DNA of 48,178 nt from a virus: IMG/VR virus record IMGVR_UViG_3300029944_000014. One strand, written 5' to 3'. Below the pieces are notes generated by a model, which was given only the letters and a program-made list of their open reading frames with translations, was not told the DNA's origin and did not search any database. Positions 39,013-47,993 of this stretch are shown in pieces (the stretch's first letter is position 1; each line of letters opens with the position of its first letter). Both the position numbers and the translations under genes were made by a program.

Positions 39013-40280
39013 AATTACCTCAAGCGCATCAATACTCAGGGTATCAGTGGCTGCGTGATCACCCGAAAGGTTTGTGTGCCGATGATATGCGGTTAGGTAA
39101 AACGCTTACCGCTACGTTGTCGGTGCACGATAAAGGCCCAGGCGTGATCGCGTGCCCCGCTTCCGCTAAGTTAATCTGGCGGGACCATTTTCGTGAGTTG
39201 AATCCTCGCGTCAAGATCAACATCTTATACGGTCGTAGCGCGCACATTATCGAGGACGCCGATGTTTATATTACCAATTACGATATCCTCGGCGACAACC
39301 TCGTCCGTATTCCTAAACGTGCTCGATACAATTGGTTTTTGCCGGATGAATTTCATATGCTCGGGAACCCCATGGCGCGCAGAACGGGGGCCGCGCAACA
39401 TCTGGCTCGTCATTCATTAATCTGCCACCCGTTGAGCGGCACGCCGATGCCTAACCGGCCCATAGAGTGGTGGCCGATGCTCAATGCGCTCGATATTACG
39501 AGCATGAATTACCCGACGTTCGCGAAGCGCTACGCTGCGGCGTGGCATGCACCCTGGTCGAAAGATAAGCCCTATGGACTGGATGTACGTGGCGCGTCTA
39601 ATCTTGCTGAGCTACATGATCTGACGGCGCCGCACATCTTGCGCCGTATGAAGTCGCAAATTATCGAAGGCTATAAGTCGCCTGAGATAGCGCTGATCAC
39701 CTTTGACCGACCTGTCGATAGTCGTGAAAGTGGTTTTAACCGTGAGGTGTTGCGGCAAACAGAGAACCCTTTATTGTCGATTGAGGGGCTATCCGAGGTG
39801 CTGAAAGAGAGTGCGCTTCGTAAGCTCCCGGACTGTATTGAGTTCATCGAAAACCGTTTGCAGGAGGAACAAAAAATAATTGTTTTTAGTTACCACCACG
39901 AGGTAATAGATGCGCTACAATTAAGGTTAGCAGCTTACCCCAGTGTCCAAGTTACCGGGCACAACACGACAGAGCAGAAGTATGCGTTAGCTGCGCATTT
40001 TAGATCTGACCCGGATTGTCGGTTATTTTTCGGCAACATCGTATCAGCAGGACAATCGATCGATCTAAGCGTTGCCGATACGATTATCTGCGTAGAGACA
40101 ACGTTTGTACCGTGGCATTTTCGGCAAGCGATTGAGCGCACCGAATCCGTGTTTAAAACCGGCCGTGCTGCATCGGTCTATGTACTCACTACGGAGAATT
40201 CGATAGACCACTTTTTACTTGAACGAATTTTTAGCAAAGAGCATGTTATCAGCCAAGTCGTAAAACCAAGCTATTTGTGA
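39009..40280 (+). CDS. small SNF2/SF2-type helicase
   Basis: 423 aa. Motif I CADDMRLGKT, motif II LPDEFHMLGN, C-terminal helicase lobe (GQSIDLSVADTIICVETTFVPWHFRQAIER). Confidence 0.85.
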   Translation: MKLPQAHQYSGYQWLRDHPKGLCADDMRLGKTLTATLSVHDKGPGVIACPASAKLIWRDHFRELNPRVKINILYGRSAHIIEDADVYITNYDILGDNLVRIPKRARYNWFLPDEFHMLGNPMARRTGAAQHLARHSLICHPLSGTPMPNRPIEWWPMLNALDITSMNYPTFAKRYAAAWHAPWSKDKPYGLDVRGASNLAELHDLTAPHILRRMKSQIIEGYKSPEIALITFDRPVDSRESGFNREVLRQTENPLLSIEGLSEVLKESALRKLPDCIEFIENRLQEEQKIIVFSYHHEVIDALQLRLAAYPSVQVTGHNTTEQKYALAAHFRSDPDCRLFFGNIVSAGQSIDLSVADTIICVETTFVPWHFRQAIERTESVFKTGRAASVYVLTTENSIDHFLLERIFSKEHVISQVVKPSYL

Positions 40281-40286
40281 GGGGTT

Positions 40287-40481
40287 ATGCAAAACGAGCA
40301 TCAGTATTTCACTGTTGAACGAGGGCTACCAGCTAGGCTTGTAAGCCGTTCGGAAGCAGCAGAGATTTACGATAAAAAATTGCCGGGGATGCGTATATTT
40401 TGCGTAGACGAAGATTCGCTTATCTTTGAAATCAAAAGGAACAGCACACTAGGTCACATGGAATTTGTAACGGTTAATTAG
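40287..40481 (+). CDS. hypothetical protein (64 aa)
   Basis: GAGGGG SD. Confidence 0.6.
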   Translation: MQNEHQYFTVERGLPARLVSRSEAAEIYDKKLPGMRIFCVDEDSLIFEIKRNSTLGHMEFVTVN

Positions 40482-40549
40482 TTTGTACCGCAGTGCCGAA
40501 GTACCCGGGCTCACGCCTAAATCTCTAAATTTAAACAGGAGTCACCTAA

Positions 40550-41317
40550 ATGTCTGAAGCTTATAAAAACGCCCTTGAGGAAGCTGCAGCACTCGCCTCT
40601 GAACTATCGTCGGCGTTGTTTGAAGTTGCCGCGCAAATCCCCGGCCTTGCACTTACCCCTCTCGCACCGGCGGCCATGGCTATCCCGCCGGTACCGGCAG
40701 CGCTCGCAACCCCTGCTGCACCGCTCCCCCCTTCGGCTATGGCCGTTCCGCCGGTACCGACAGTGCCCGCTGCACCCGCAGCCCCTGCCGCACCTGCATC
40801 CGGTAAGCGCACCCGTCGCACCAAGGAACAAATTGCACAGGATGTCGCCGCCGTTGCCGCCGGCTTTCCCGACCACGCCGCTATGCTTGCCGCCCAAGGT
40901 GGAGCTGTTCAGCCCGGAACAGTGGGCGGCGCTCCGGCTGCACCAGCGTACACGCCCGCTATGCCCACGGCCCCTGTTGCACCGGGGGCAGTACCAGCCG
41001 TGCCAGCAGTGCCACAACCCCCAGTGCCCGCTGCACCCGCAGCGCCGGCCGCTCCCGTCCCCCCGCCTGCACCGGTTCCGGTAGCTACACCTCTAGATGA
41101 TTTGCAAGCTGCGTTTATCAGCTTTGCAAGCATGATCGAAAAGCGCCCGAACGGCGTAGGCCATGGTATGGGCCAGGCAGGGCTGCTACTCGGCAAGCTC
41201 GGCTATACCCGCCTAGAAGATATCCCGGCGGAGTCGATCGATCACGCGATCAAATACGTGTCCGACTATCACAAATACATCGAACTGGCGCCGGGTACCT
41301 GGGTAACGGCCGATTAA
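40550..41317 (+). CDS. Pro/Ala-rich low-complexity protein with small folded termini (255 aa)
   Basis: AGGAG SD. Two long P/A/V tracts (PPVPAALATPAAPLPP..., PAVPAVPQPPVPAAPAAPAAPVPPPAPVP) separated by a basic patch KRTRRTKEQ. It is followed by a strong terminator. Confidence 0.75.
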   Translation: MSEAYKNALEEAAALASELSSALFEVAAQIPGLALTPLAPAAMAIPPVPAALATPAAPLPPSAMAVPPVPTVPAAPAAPAAPASGKRTRRTKEQIAQDVAAVAAGFPDHAAMLAAQGGAVQPGTVGGAPAAPAYTPAMPTAPVAPGAVPAVPAVPQPPVPAAPAAPAAPVPPPAPVPVATPLDDLQAAFISFASMIEKRPNGVGHGMGQAGLLLGKLGYTRLEDIPAESIDHAIKYVSDYHKYIELAPGTWVTAD

Positions 41318-41336
41318 ATCGCCCGAATAACTTTGA

Positions 41337-41376
41337 CCGTCTAGGAGTTGGCGAGAAAGCCTAGACGGCTTTTAAC
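41337..41376 (+). terminator. Rho-independent terminator inside the early block
   Basis: CCGTCTAGG-(14 nt)-CCTAGACGG followed by CTTTTAACTTT. Confidence 0.75.
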
Positions 41377-41390
41377 TTTAGGAGTCAGTC

Positions 41391-41669
41391 ATGCAAAAAC
41401 TTATCTCGGGCGGCCGTCGACAAGGAATAATGGAGGCGATGAAACTCGCTATTAACCGTTTCCTGAAACGCAGCGGTAAGCCTACGTGGCACGCCCCGCA
41501 CATCGGCGCAAAGGAACAAGAGCGCGCTCAGCGCTGCATTATGAGTACGCATCACCGGGGCGATATCAGGCTCCCCCGTGCGGCGCCGACAATGCAGCAA
41601 ATGAGCAAACGTCGGTATTTTGATCTTGTCATTTTCGACGAGGCGGATCATGCAAATAGCGACGATTGA
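41391..41669 (+). CDS. basic hypothetical protein (92 aa)
   Basis: AGGAG 7 nt upstream. It ends 20 nt inside the exonuclease gene. Confidence 0.55.
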   Translation: MQKLISGGRRQGIMEAMKLAINRFLKRSGKPTWHAPHIGAKEQERAQRCIMSTHHRGDIRLPRAAPTMQQMSKRRYFDLVIFDEADHANSDD

Positions 41670-43152
41670 ACTGCCGATACGCGAGCATAGCGAAGTCGGT
41701 GCGTCAGCTCGGGAGCGTTTCTCTAAATGCCCTGGCTCAGTGCGGCTATCGCGCTATGCGCCGCCCGAGGTGCCACGGGAATATACCGAGGATGGTATTG
41801 AGGCGCACGCCTTCGCTGAGGTTGTCCTGAAGGAGCGTGATCACGGTCAGCGTGCGGTACTTTATGCAACATGGACAAATAACGGCGGCGACTTGGAGAT
41901 TTTCCGCTCTGTCGTCAGCTATTCCCGCTATTTCGAGAGGTATGCCAGTATCCCCGGCGCCATTTACGGTATCGAAGATGCGCTAGACTTATCTTGGCTT
42001 GTCGAAGATGCCCGCGGGCGCTGTGACGCCTGGGTGTATGTGCCTGCAGGTTTTATTGAGTTGGAAACTGGCGAGGTATTTGAAGGACCGACGCTACATG
42101 TTTTCGATTTTAAATTCGGTAAGCTGCAACGTTACGCAAAAGAACACCCCCAAACACTTTACTATGCCAGTGGGGCGTTTTTTAATCTTGTGCGTACCGG
42201 CGTGCAATACCCGAAGCGGGTCGTCCTGCATATCTTTCAGCCTCGCGTCGAGAACCGCAATCGGCTATACGAGCATCACGACGTCTGGTCGTGCGATCTG
42301 CCCTATCTTGAACAAGATGCGATCAAGCTGAAAGATGAAATACTGGCTACCCGTGAGCCGGATGCGCCGCTTAATCCCGGCGTCGAGCAATGCCGTTTTT
42401 GCCCTGCTGCCACTATCTGCCCGGAACTGCAGAAGCCGGGGTATGAGGCTGCTAAACAGGCTATCGCGGAGCAGAATTCAGCTGGCGCCGCGCTACCTGC
42501 ACTCGCCACGTTTGAGGAAGTCATGCAAGATGACAATCAGAAAATTCGGGCCGCCTACTTGGCCCGCTCCTGGGCCAATCAGGTTATCGAGCAAGGGAAA
42601 GAACAAGCTTTTCGGGGTCAGAAATTTGCAGACTTTGCTCTGTTTAACGGCAATCGCCTGCGTTACTTATCTGACGAAGCCAAGTTTAGAGAGGCTTTTC
42701 CGCCAACCCTCTACCCGGACTGTTATGAGCAGCCCATCGCTAAATCCGTGGCACAGATTGAGACGGTGCTAGCTGCGCATCCTTTCGGCGGTAAAAAGCT
42801 TGTTAAGAGACTTGACGAGGAATTTACTCGGAAAGGATACCCGAAACCGATTTTCGGCCCGAAAGAGGGCGCACGGCGTAAGGAATATACCGGCGACGAA
42901 AAATTTATCGAAGAGTGGTCAGCCGAGCTTGCTGATCACGTGCATAAAAATCCACCTGATACGCCGACCGAAACACGCGGCCCGGAGGGTCAGTCTTTGC
43001 AAAGGGTTATTGTCAGGCATGATTATTCGCAAGATCACTATTCCGAAGATGGTAAATTGCCTGACTCCCCGGCTGAAACCCTTATTATCCCGCCCGGACC
43101 TCCGGCCTTTACCCCCGCCCCAGGAGCCCTTGATTTTCTGAAGTTGAAGTAA
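41650..43152 (+). CDS. PD-(D/E)XK exonuclease, Cas4/DUF2800-like with 4-Cys cluster
   Basis: The track ORF starts at 41620. I prefer ATG 41650 (MQIATIEL). N-terminal KCPGS Cys plus CRFCPAATIC (C-x2-C-x5-C). Nuclease core RCDAW...LHVFDFKFGK. Roughly 170-aa C-terminal extension. Confidence 0.85.
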   Translation: MQIATIELPIREHSEVGASARERFSKCPGSVRLSRYAPPEVPREYTEDGIEAHAFAEVVLKERDHGQRAVLYATWTNNGGDLEIFRSVVSYSRYFERYASIPGAIYGIEDALDLSWLVEDARGRCDAWVYVPAGFIELETGEVFEGPTLHVFDFKFGKLQRYAKEHPQTLYYASGAFFNLVRTGVQYPKRVVLHIFQPRVENRNRLYEHHDVWSCDLPYLEQDAIKLKDEILATREPDAPLNPGVEQCRFCPAATICPELQKPGYEAAKQAIAEQNSAGAALPALATFEEVMQDDNQKIRAAYLARSWANQVIEQGKEQAFRGQKFADFALFNGNRLRYLSDEAKFREAFPPTLYPDCYEQPIAKSVAQIETVLAAHPFGGKKLVKRLDEEFTRKGYPKPIFGPKEGARRKEYTGDEKFIEEWSAELADHVHKNPPDTPTETRGPEGQSLQRVIVRHDYSQDHYSEDGKLPDSPAETLIIPPGPPAFTPAPGALDFLKLK

Positions 43153-43219
43153 ACTGCACATAACCGCGATCCCGAGAACCCGAGTACAAGCCTAAACCTT
43201 TATCCAGTGAGCCCTTATC

Positions 43220-44311
43220 ATGAATGCACCGTTAGCCCCCGTTTATACCCCTCCCGGCGCTCCGCAAGTGCCTCCCGCTTATGCGCCCGCGGCTCCTGTC
43301 CCGCCAGCTTACGGTACGCCTGCACCGGGTACCCCTTACGGTGCCCCGGCTGCACCCCCTGCGGGCCCCGATCCGCGCCGCGTCAAACTGCACAATGTGC
43401 GCGTTTCCCACTGGTACGGCATCGAGGGCAAGCTGAACCCAAAAACCGGCGTGCTCGAAAAGACGACCAGTTTGCTTATTCCGAAGTCCGAAGCCACGTG
43501 GAATATGTGCCAGGTAGCTATCAATGCCGCTAAAGCTAAAAAGTGGCCTCACGATCCGACGAAATGGGCGGATTGTTCTTTACGCGACGGCGATTTACCT
43601 GCCCCGAGAGGTAAACCCCGGGGCCCGGAATGCAAAAATCACTGGGTGCTCAATACGGGTACGCCGAACGGGCGCGAACTGGAAGTGCGCCGCCTGGACG
43701 GCTCGCTGATCACCAACCCGCACGAAGTCAAATCTGGGGATTACGTACATTGCTCGATCACATTCTATGGATCAGACAATGACAACAATACCGGCGTATG
43801 GGCCTCGTTGAATAACGTAATCTTTGTGCGCCCAGGCGAAGCTTTAGCCAGCAGTAATATGATGGCTGAGGACGAATGGTCTGACGAGTTTGTTACGGGT
43901 AGCGTCCCGCAAGCTCAGGGGGCCACGCGATATGCGGCACCGATGCAACCCTACACTCCGGCACCGGCCGTCGCACCTCATGCTGTATCCCCTGGGTTCG
44001 CAGCACCTCAGCCTGCTATGGCCCCCCCTGGTCTTGTGCTAACGGCTAAAGCGGCCGGCGCATCGCTGCAATCGTTTTACGACGGTGGCTGGACCGACGA
44101 CCAACTTGTGTTGCACGGCTATGCAGTACGCGCTGTTGCTGCGGCCCCCGCCGCCCCGCCGCCCCCTTCGGTACCTGCTACGCCGGCAGGTCTCGTTATG
44201 ACGACTAAAGCGGCCGGCGCATCGCTGCAATCGTTTTATCAGAATGGCTGGACAGACGAGGCGCTTGTATCAAACGGATACGCCGTACCTCATTCCGACG
44301 TACCGTATTAA
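43220..44311 (+). CDS. DUF2815-type single-stranded DNA-binding protein with P/A/Y-rich N-terminus and duplicated C-terminal module
   Basis: 363 aa. The core matches the recalled DUF2815 signature (VRVSHWYG, LLIPKSE, LRDGD, SGDYVHCSITFYG, NTGVWASLNNVIFVRPGE). It lies next to the exonuclease and PolA. Confidence 0.8.
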   Translation: MNAPLAPVYTPPGAPQVPPAYAPAAPVPPAYGTPAPGTPYGAPAAPPAGPDPRRVKLHNVRVSHWYGIEGKLNPKTGVLEKTTSLLIPKSEATWNMCQVAINAAKAKKWPHDPTKWADCSLRDGDLPAPRGKPRGPECKNHWVLNTGTPNGRELEVRRLDGSLITNPHEVKSGDYVHCSITFYGSDNDNNTGVWASLNNVIFVRPGEALASSNMMAEDEWSDEFVTGSVPQAQGATRYAAPMQPYTPAPAVAPHAVSPGFAAPQPAMAPPGLVLTAKAAGASLQSFYDGGWTDDQLVLHGYAVRAVAAAPAAPPPPSVPATPAGLVMTTKAAGASLQSFYQNGWTDEALVSNGYAVPHSDVPY

Positions 44312-44333
44312 TCCACGCTCTTCGCTTTAACCC

Positions 44334-44365
44334 GCCTGTCAGCCCGAAAAGCTGGCAGGCTTTTT
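44334..44365 (+). terminator. Rho-independent terminator after the SSB gene
   Basis: GCCTGTCAGC-(7 nt)-GCTGGCAGGC, a 10-bp stem with one G-U pair, followed by TTTTT. Confidence 0.8.
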
Positions 44366-44377
44366 AACGGGGTTAGC

Positions 44378-44746
44378 ATGAAAATATTGATCAGCGGGGG
44401 CTGCGAAAAACCTAACTACGAAGAGATCGCTCTTGCACTTGACAGGCTACAGCGGCGAGAAAAACAAGAGTGCTTAGAGACTAAACGGCCTTTCGAGTTG
44501 ACTCTTATCCTCGGCGGCCCGCATCTCACTGACGCGCTTGCACAGCGTTGGGCCTTCCTCGGCGGCATACCCGTTTTGCGCATTGAAACGAATTCTTGGT
44601 TTTACGGCCGTGCGGCCGAATCGGTGCGTGCATCCTGGCTAATGAAAACCACGGTACCCGACGTAGTGCTGTCCCTCCCCGGCGACGAAGTAGCGCCGAT
44701 TATTACCCTGGCTCAGGCATACAATATACCCGTGGTTACGATATGA
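44378..44746 (+). CDS. DUF2493 / SLOG-family protein
   Basis: 122 aa. ILISGG...LILGGPHLTDALAQRWA..GGIPV...YGRAA...DVVLSLPGD...AQAYNIPV parallels the recalled DUF2493 pattern. ATGA overlap with PolA. Confidence 0.7.
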   Translation: MKILISGGCEKPNYEEIALALDRLQRREKQECLETKRPFELTLILGGPHLTDALAQRWAFLGGIPVLRIETNSWFYGRAAESVRASWLMKTTVPDVVLSLPGDEVAPIITLAQAYNIPVVTI

Positions 44747-46998
44747 AACTCTCAGGCGACTACGAAACGTTCAACACCGAGCCGATTAAAAATTCGATGT
44801 TCAAGTACGCCGAATCGGACACGCTCGATATCTTGTGTATGTCGTATAAGATCGACGCGGCTCCGACGCGGATCTGGTACCCGGGGTTAGATGTGCGCGA
44901 TCTAGCGTATGCGATGCGCGAGTGTGAAACGTTTCATGCCTTTAACGCAGGGTTCGAATATCTCATTACGCATACCCGTGCGGCGCGCTATTACGGCTTG
45001 CCCGAGGTGCCGCTTGCCAAGATGCGCGACACAGCACTCAAGGCCGCTGTGTGCGCTCTACCGCGCTCGCTAGGCCAATGCGCCGAGGTATTGGGTACGC
45101 CAATTCAAAAAGACGAAGAGGGTAAGCGCGTCATGCTGAAATTGTCGCAACCACGCACGCCGTCTAAGTCCAACCCGAGTATCCGCTATACCCCTCAAAA
45201 CGCCCCTGAAGATTTTGCCAAGCTCTATGAATACTGCATAAACGACACCGATACCGAGGAAGGTATTGACCAGCTATTGCCTGAGCTGTCGCCGTTTATG
45301 GTGCAATTCTGGAAACTGGATTACGAGATTAATGCGCGTGGCGTGCCAATCGATAAACCCATGGTTGAGCATATCTGTATGCTGCGTGACGAATATATTG
45401 CACGCCTGAATACGGAGTGCCGCGCACTGACAGGCTATAACACGACGCATGTAGCCAAGCTCCATGCGCTGATCAATGAGCAGTTACATTTTCAACACCT
45501 GGCCGCCGACGAGAGGGGCCGATTTAAAGTACAAACGTTAGCGAGCATGGCGGCACCTAACGTGTCGATCGCGATCCAGGCGCTCCGTCAAGGTGCCGCA
45601 CGCAGCGAGAATAATGCGCTTGTGCTGCGGGTCTTAGAACTACGCCAGCAGGCGGCCAAGACGAGCGTAAAAAAGTTTGACAGGATGCTATCGGCTATGT
45701 GCCGCGACGGGCGCATACGCGGTATGTTTTTAATCCATGGCGCCGGTACGGGCAGGCACGCAGGGCGCATTGTGCAATTTCACAACTTGGCGAAACCGGT
45801 CATTGGTACCCAGGTCCAAGACAAGAAATACCCGCAGCTTAAAGGGGTAAATGTACCGGTCTTAGTGGCAGAGCAGATCACGCATATGTCGCTTGATAAC
45901 GTGCTGCAGTTTTTCCCTCGGGCGATGGACGTGTTTAGCTCAGTCTTGCGCCCTGCTGTGCTATCACCCCCTGGCCATCGCCAGATCGTGGTCGACTATA
46001 AATCGATTGAAGCCCGTATCATTTCCTGGCTCGCGAACGAAGAGTGGCGCCTAGAGGTGTTCCGCACACACGGCAAAATCTATGAAGCCGCGGCGTCTCG
46101 CATGTTCAACATCCCGATAGAAGATATCGGCAAAGATTCCAAGGTACGTCAATCTGGCAAAATCAGCGAGCTCGCCTTGTCCTTTCAAGGGGCGGTAGCG
46201 GCACTGATACGCATGGGGGCCATTAGCCAATATGGCTTAAAGTACGAAGAGCTATTGCCCCTCGTCAAATCCTGGCGCAAAGCGAATAGCCGGATTACCC
46301 AGATGTGGGCAGGCTTGCAAGAATTGATTATTGAGTCGGTACGATCAGGCCGCGTACTCAGCGGGTACCGATGTCATTTTGGTATGGAATATCACAATGC
46401 ACCGGGTATGCCGCAATTCGCCACGTTCGTGATTCAGTTGCCGAGCGGGCGTAAGCTGTACTACCCGTTCCCCCGGCTGCGCAAGAATAAAGTGGTCTGG
46501 AATGACGAGACAGGACGCTACGAAATTTATGATAAGAACAAGCATCCATTAACTGCCCACGAGCGTATTATTGAGGTTAATTTCGAGACTCGCGGCGACG
46601 GTAGCAGCTTACTCGATCTCACCACACCCGAAGGCTCGTCTGAAAGTGAATACGTTACCTACCTACACCCTGGGTTTGAGGTACAGGAAAAAACGGAATT
46701 CGTTTTTAGGTCACAAGTTAAAGGTACGTTTTGGGGGTGGCAGTCAATGCATGGCGGGCTGGCGGCCGAAAACATTACTCAGGCTGTCGCGGCCGATATC
46801 TTGCAGGCAGGACTCGTGCGCACCGAAGCAGCTGGATATCAAACAATCTTGCATGTGCATGACGAAGGCGATGCACTCATGCGCTACGGCGTCGGTAGCG
46901 TCGAGGAATACAAAACACTTTTATGTGTATTACCGCCTTGGGCAGAAGGATGCCCGATAGACGCCGAAGGTATTGAAGTCGAACGTTATAGGAAATAG
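44743..46998 (+). CDS. family A DNA polymerase with 3'-5' exonuclease domain
   Basis: The track ORF starts at 44596. I prefer ATG 44743 (MKLSGDYETFN), which has the ATGA overlap. Exo I DYETF, motif A VVDYKSIEARI, motif B RQSGKISELALSFQG, motif C LHVHDEG. Confidence 0.93.
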   Translation: MKLSGDYETFNTEPIKNSMFKYAESDTLDILCMSYKIDAAPTRIWYPGLDVRDLAYAMRECETFHAFNAGFEYLITHTRAARYYGLPEVPLAKMRDTALKAAVCALPRSLGQCAEVLGTPIQKDEEGKRVMLKLSQPRTPSKSNPSIRYTPQNAPEDFAKLYEYCINDTDTEEGIDQLLPELSPFMVQFWKLDYEINARGVPIDKPMVEHICMLRDEYIARLNTECRALTGYNTTHVAKLHALINEQLHFQHLAADERGRFKVQTLASMAAPNVSIAIQALRQGAARSENNALVLRVLELRQQAAKTSVKKFDRMLSAMCRDGRIRGMFLIHGAGTGRHAGRIVQFHNLAKPVIGTQVQDKKYPQLKGVNVPVLVAEQITHMSLDNVLQFFPRAMDVFSSVLRPAVLSPPGHRQIVVDYKSIEARIISWLANEEWRLEVFRTHGKIYEAAASRMFNIPIEDIGKDSKVRQSGKISELALSFQGAVAALIRMGAISQYGLKYEELLPLVKSWRKANSRITQMWAGLQELIIESVRSGRVLSGYRCHFGMEYHNAPGMPQFATFVIQLPSGRKLYYPFPRLRKNKVVWNDETGRYEIYDKNKHPLTAHERIIEVNFETRGDGSSLLDLTTPEGSSESEYVTYLHPGFEVQEKTEFVFRSQVKGTFWGWQSMHGGLAAENITQAVAADILQAGLVRTEAAGYQTILHVHDEGDALMRYGVGSVEEYKTLLCVLPPWAEGCPIDAEGIEVERYRK

Positions 46999-47001
46999 AC
47001 C

Positions 47002-47205
47002 ATGGAAGATCTAATAGAGGAACGTATGCGCGCCCTAGTTTTTCATGAAGATGGCACCTTTGAGCGTTATAGAGCCCGTGCTACGCAGGAGGTTCTAAGC
47101 GAGCAAATACAAGGAGCATGCGCAGGTATCCCCGAAAACGAAGCACTGCATAATGTGCTTCGTTTCCTAGCTAATAAAGCCCTGGGCGACGGCTATGTTT
47201 TTTAA
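47002..47205 (+). CDS. hypothetical protein (67 aa)
   Basis: AGGAAA SD. It starts 3 nt after the PolA stop. Confidence 0.6.
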   Translation: MEDLIEERMRALVFHEDGTFERYRARATQEVLSEQIQGACAGIPENEALHNVLRFLANKALGDGYVF

Positions 47206-47419
47206 CTTCCTACGACAATGGAGGCAGGAGCGTGCTAGACGCAAAGTATACGCAGCGTATGAAGCGGGACTGATCGCTTGGTATCGAGAACAAGTTAAAA
47301 AAGAACAGCAAGTTCTTTCTCCTTATTTTCCGGGTACTGAGGAGTATTTAGCCTTCTTTGAAGGGTATAAGAACGCAGAAGCGCATCGGTACGTTTTAGG
47401 AGACCCCGACAATGTTTGA
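47195..47419 (+). CDS. hypothetical protein (74 aa)
   Basis: ORF overlapping the previous gene by 11 nt. Confidence 0.55.
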   Translation: MFFNFLRQWRQERARRKVYAAYEAGLIAWYREQVKKEQQVLSPYFPGTEEYLAFFEGYKNAEAHRYVLGDPDNV

Positions 47420-47603
47420 TATTTTTCAAAAAGTGATAGCCCGGATAGGTCTTAGTAAAGCCAAGTGGGCGGGGCGCGAGGCGGCACTTTTAATTATTAA
47501 TGAAAAGCAGATGACGTCTTGCCCTTATGCGGTCGGTACCCCCGAGCGTTATGCCTACTACGCAGGGTTTGCCGACGAGTGGATACACCACTATGACCAC
47601 TAG
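47412..47603 (+). CDS. hypothetical protein (63 aa)
   Basis: AGGAG about 10 nt upstream. It overlaps the previous gene by 8 nt. Confidence 0.6.
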   Translation: MFDIFQKVIARIGLSKAKWAGREAALLIINEKQMTSCPYAVGTPERYAYYAGFADEWIHHYDH

Positions 47604-47739
47604 ACCCCAACCCTACCGCACTGACGTTGTGCACATGTTCGGGTTTTGGTGCCCATACCGCGCACCGATAAAGCCCCTTCCTAAACCTCAGGCAAATAGC
47701 AGCGGGGCATGTACTCAACCTTTGAGCGAAAATAGTTAA
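47593..47739 (+). CDS. small hypothetical ORF (48 aa)
   Basis: Internal ATG of track ORF 47527..47739 (MTTRPQPYRTDVVHMFGFWCPY...). It would fill the 47603-47764 gap. The SD is weak. Confidence 0.3.
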   Translation: MTTRPQPYRTDVVHMFGFWCPYRAPIKPLPKPQANSSGACTQPLSENS

Positions 47740-47993
47740 AAATAATTTACACGGAAAAGATTAATGCGCTATTCTGTAGTTACTGAAGCGCACAACCTTA
47801 CCGGAGTATATGAAATGAGCACGACGAAAACCACAGTAAGCGGCGGCTTTCACAACGCCACCCCAATCACGCTCAGCATCCGCGGCGACAAAATGTCACT
47901 TCGTCAATATGACCGTCTCAACAAACACATGTGCGGCGTGTCGGGCTGTATATGCGGGTGGAGAGGCTTTGAGGTGACAGGCGTGACCAAGGA

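Noticed and set aside
40561-41196. Alternative-frame and antisense ORFs within the Pro/Ala-rich gene (40575..41084, 40561..40824, 40604..41017, 40909..41196)
   Set aside because: These are the same low-complexity artefact. The chosen frame has AGGAG-ATG and non-repetitive termini.
41391-41669. DLVIFDEADHA near the C-terminus of the 92-aa ORF looks like a helicase motif II (DEAD/DEAH box), suggesting a helicase remnant
   Set aside because: There is no Walker A or any other helicase motif in the 92 aa or in neighbouring frames. A single short motif match is compatible with chance, so I kept it as a hypothetical protein.
44596-44742. Upstream 49-codon extension of the DNA polymerase ORF
   Set aside because: It overlaps the DUF2493 gene completely in another frame. 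The ATG at 44743 forms an ATGA junction and starts right at the Exo I motif region.
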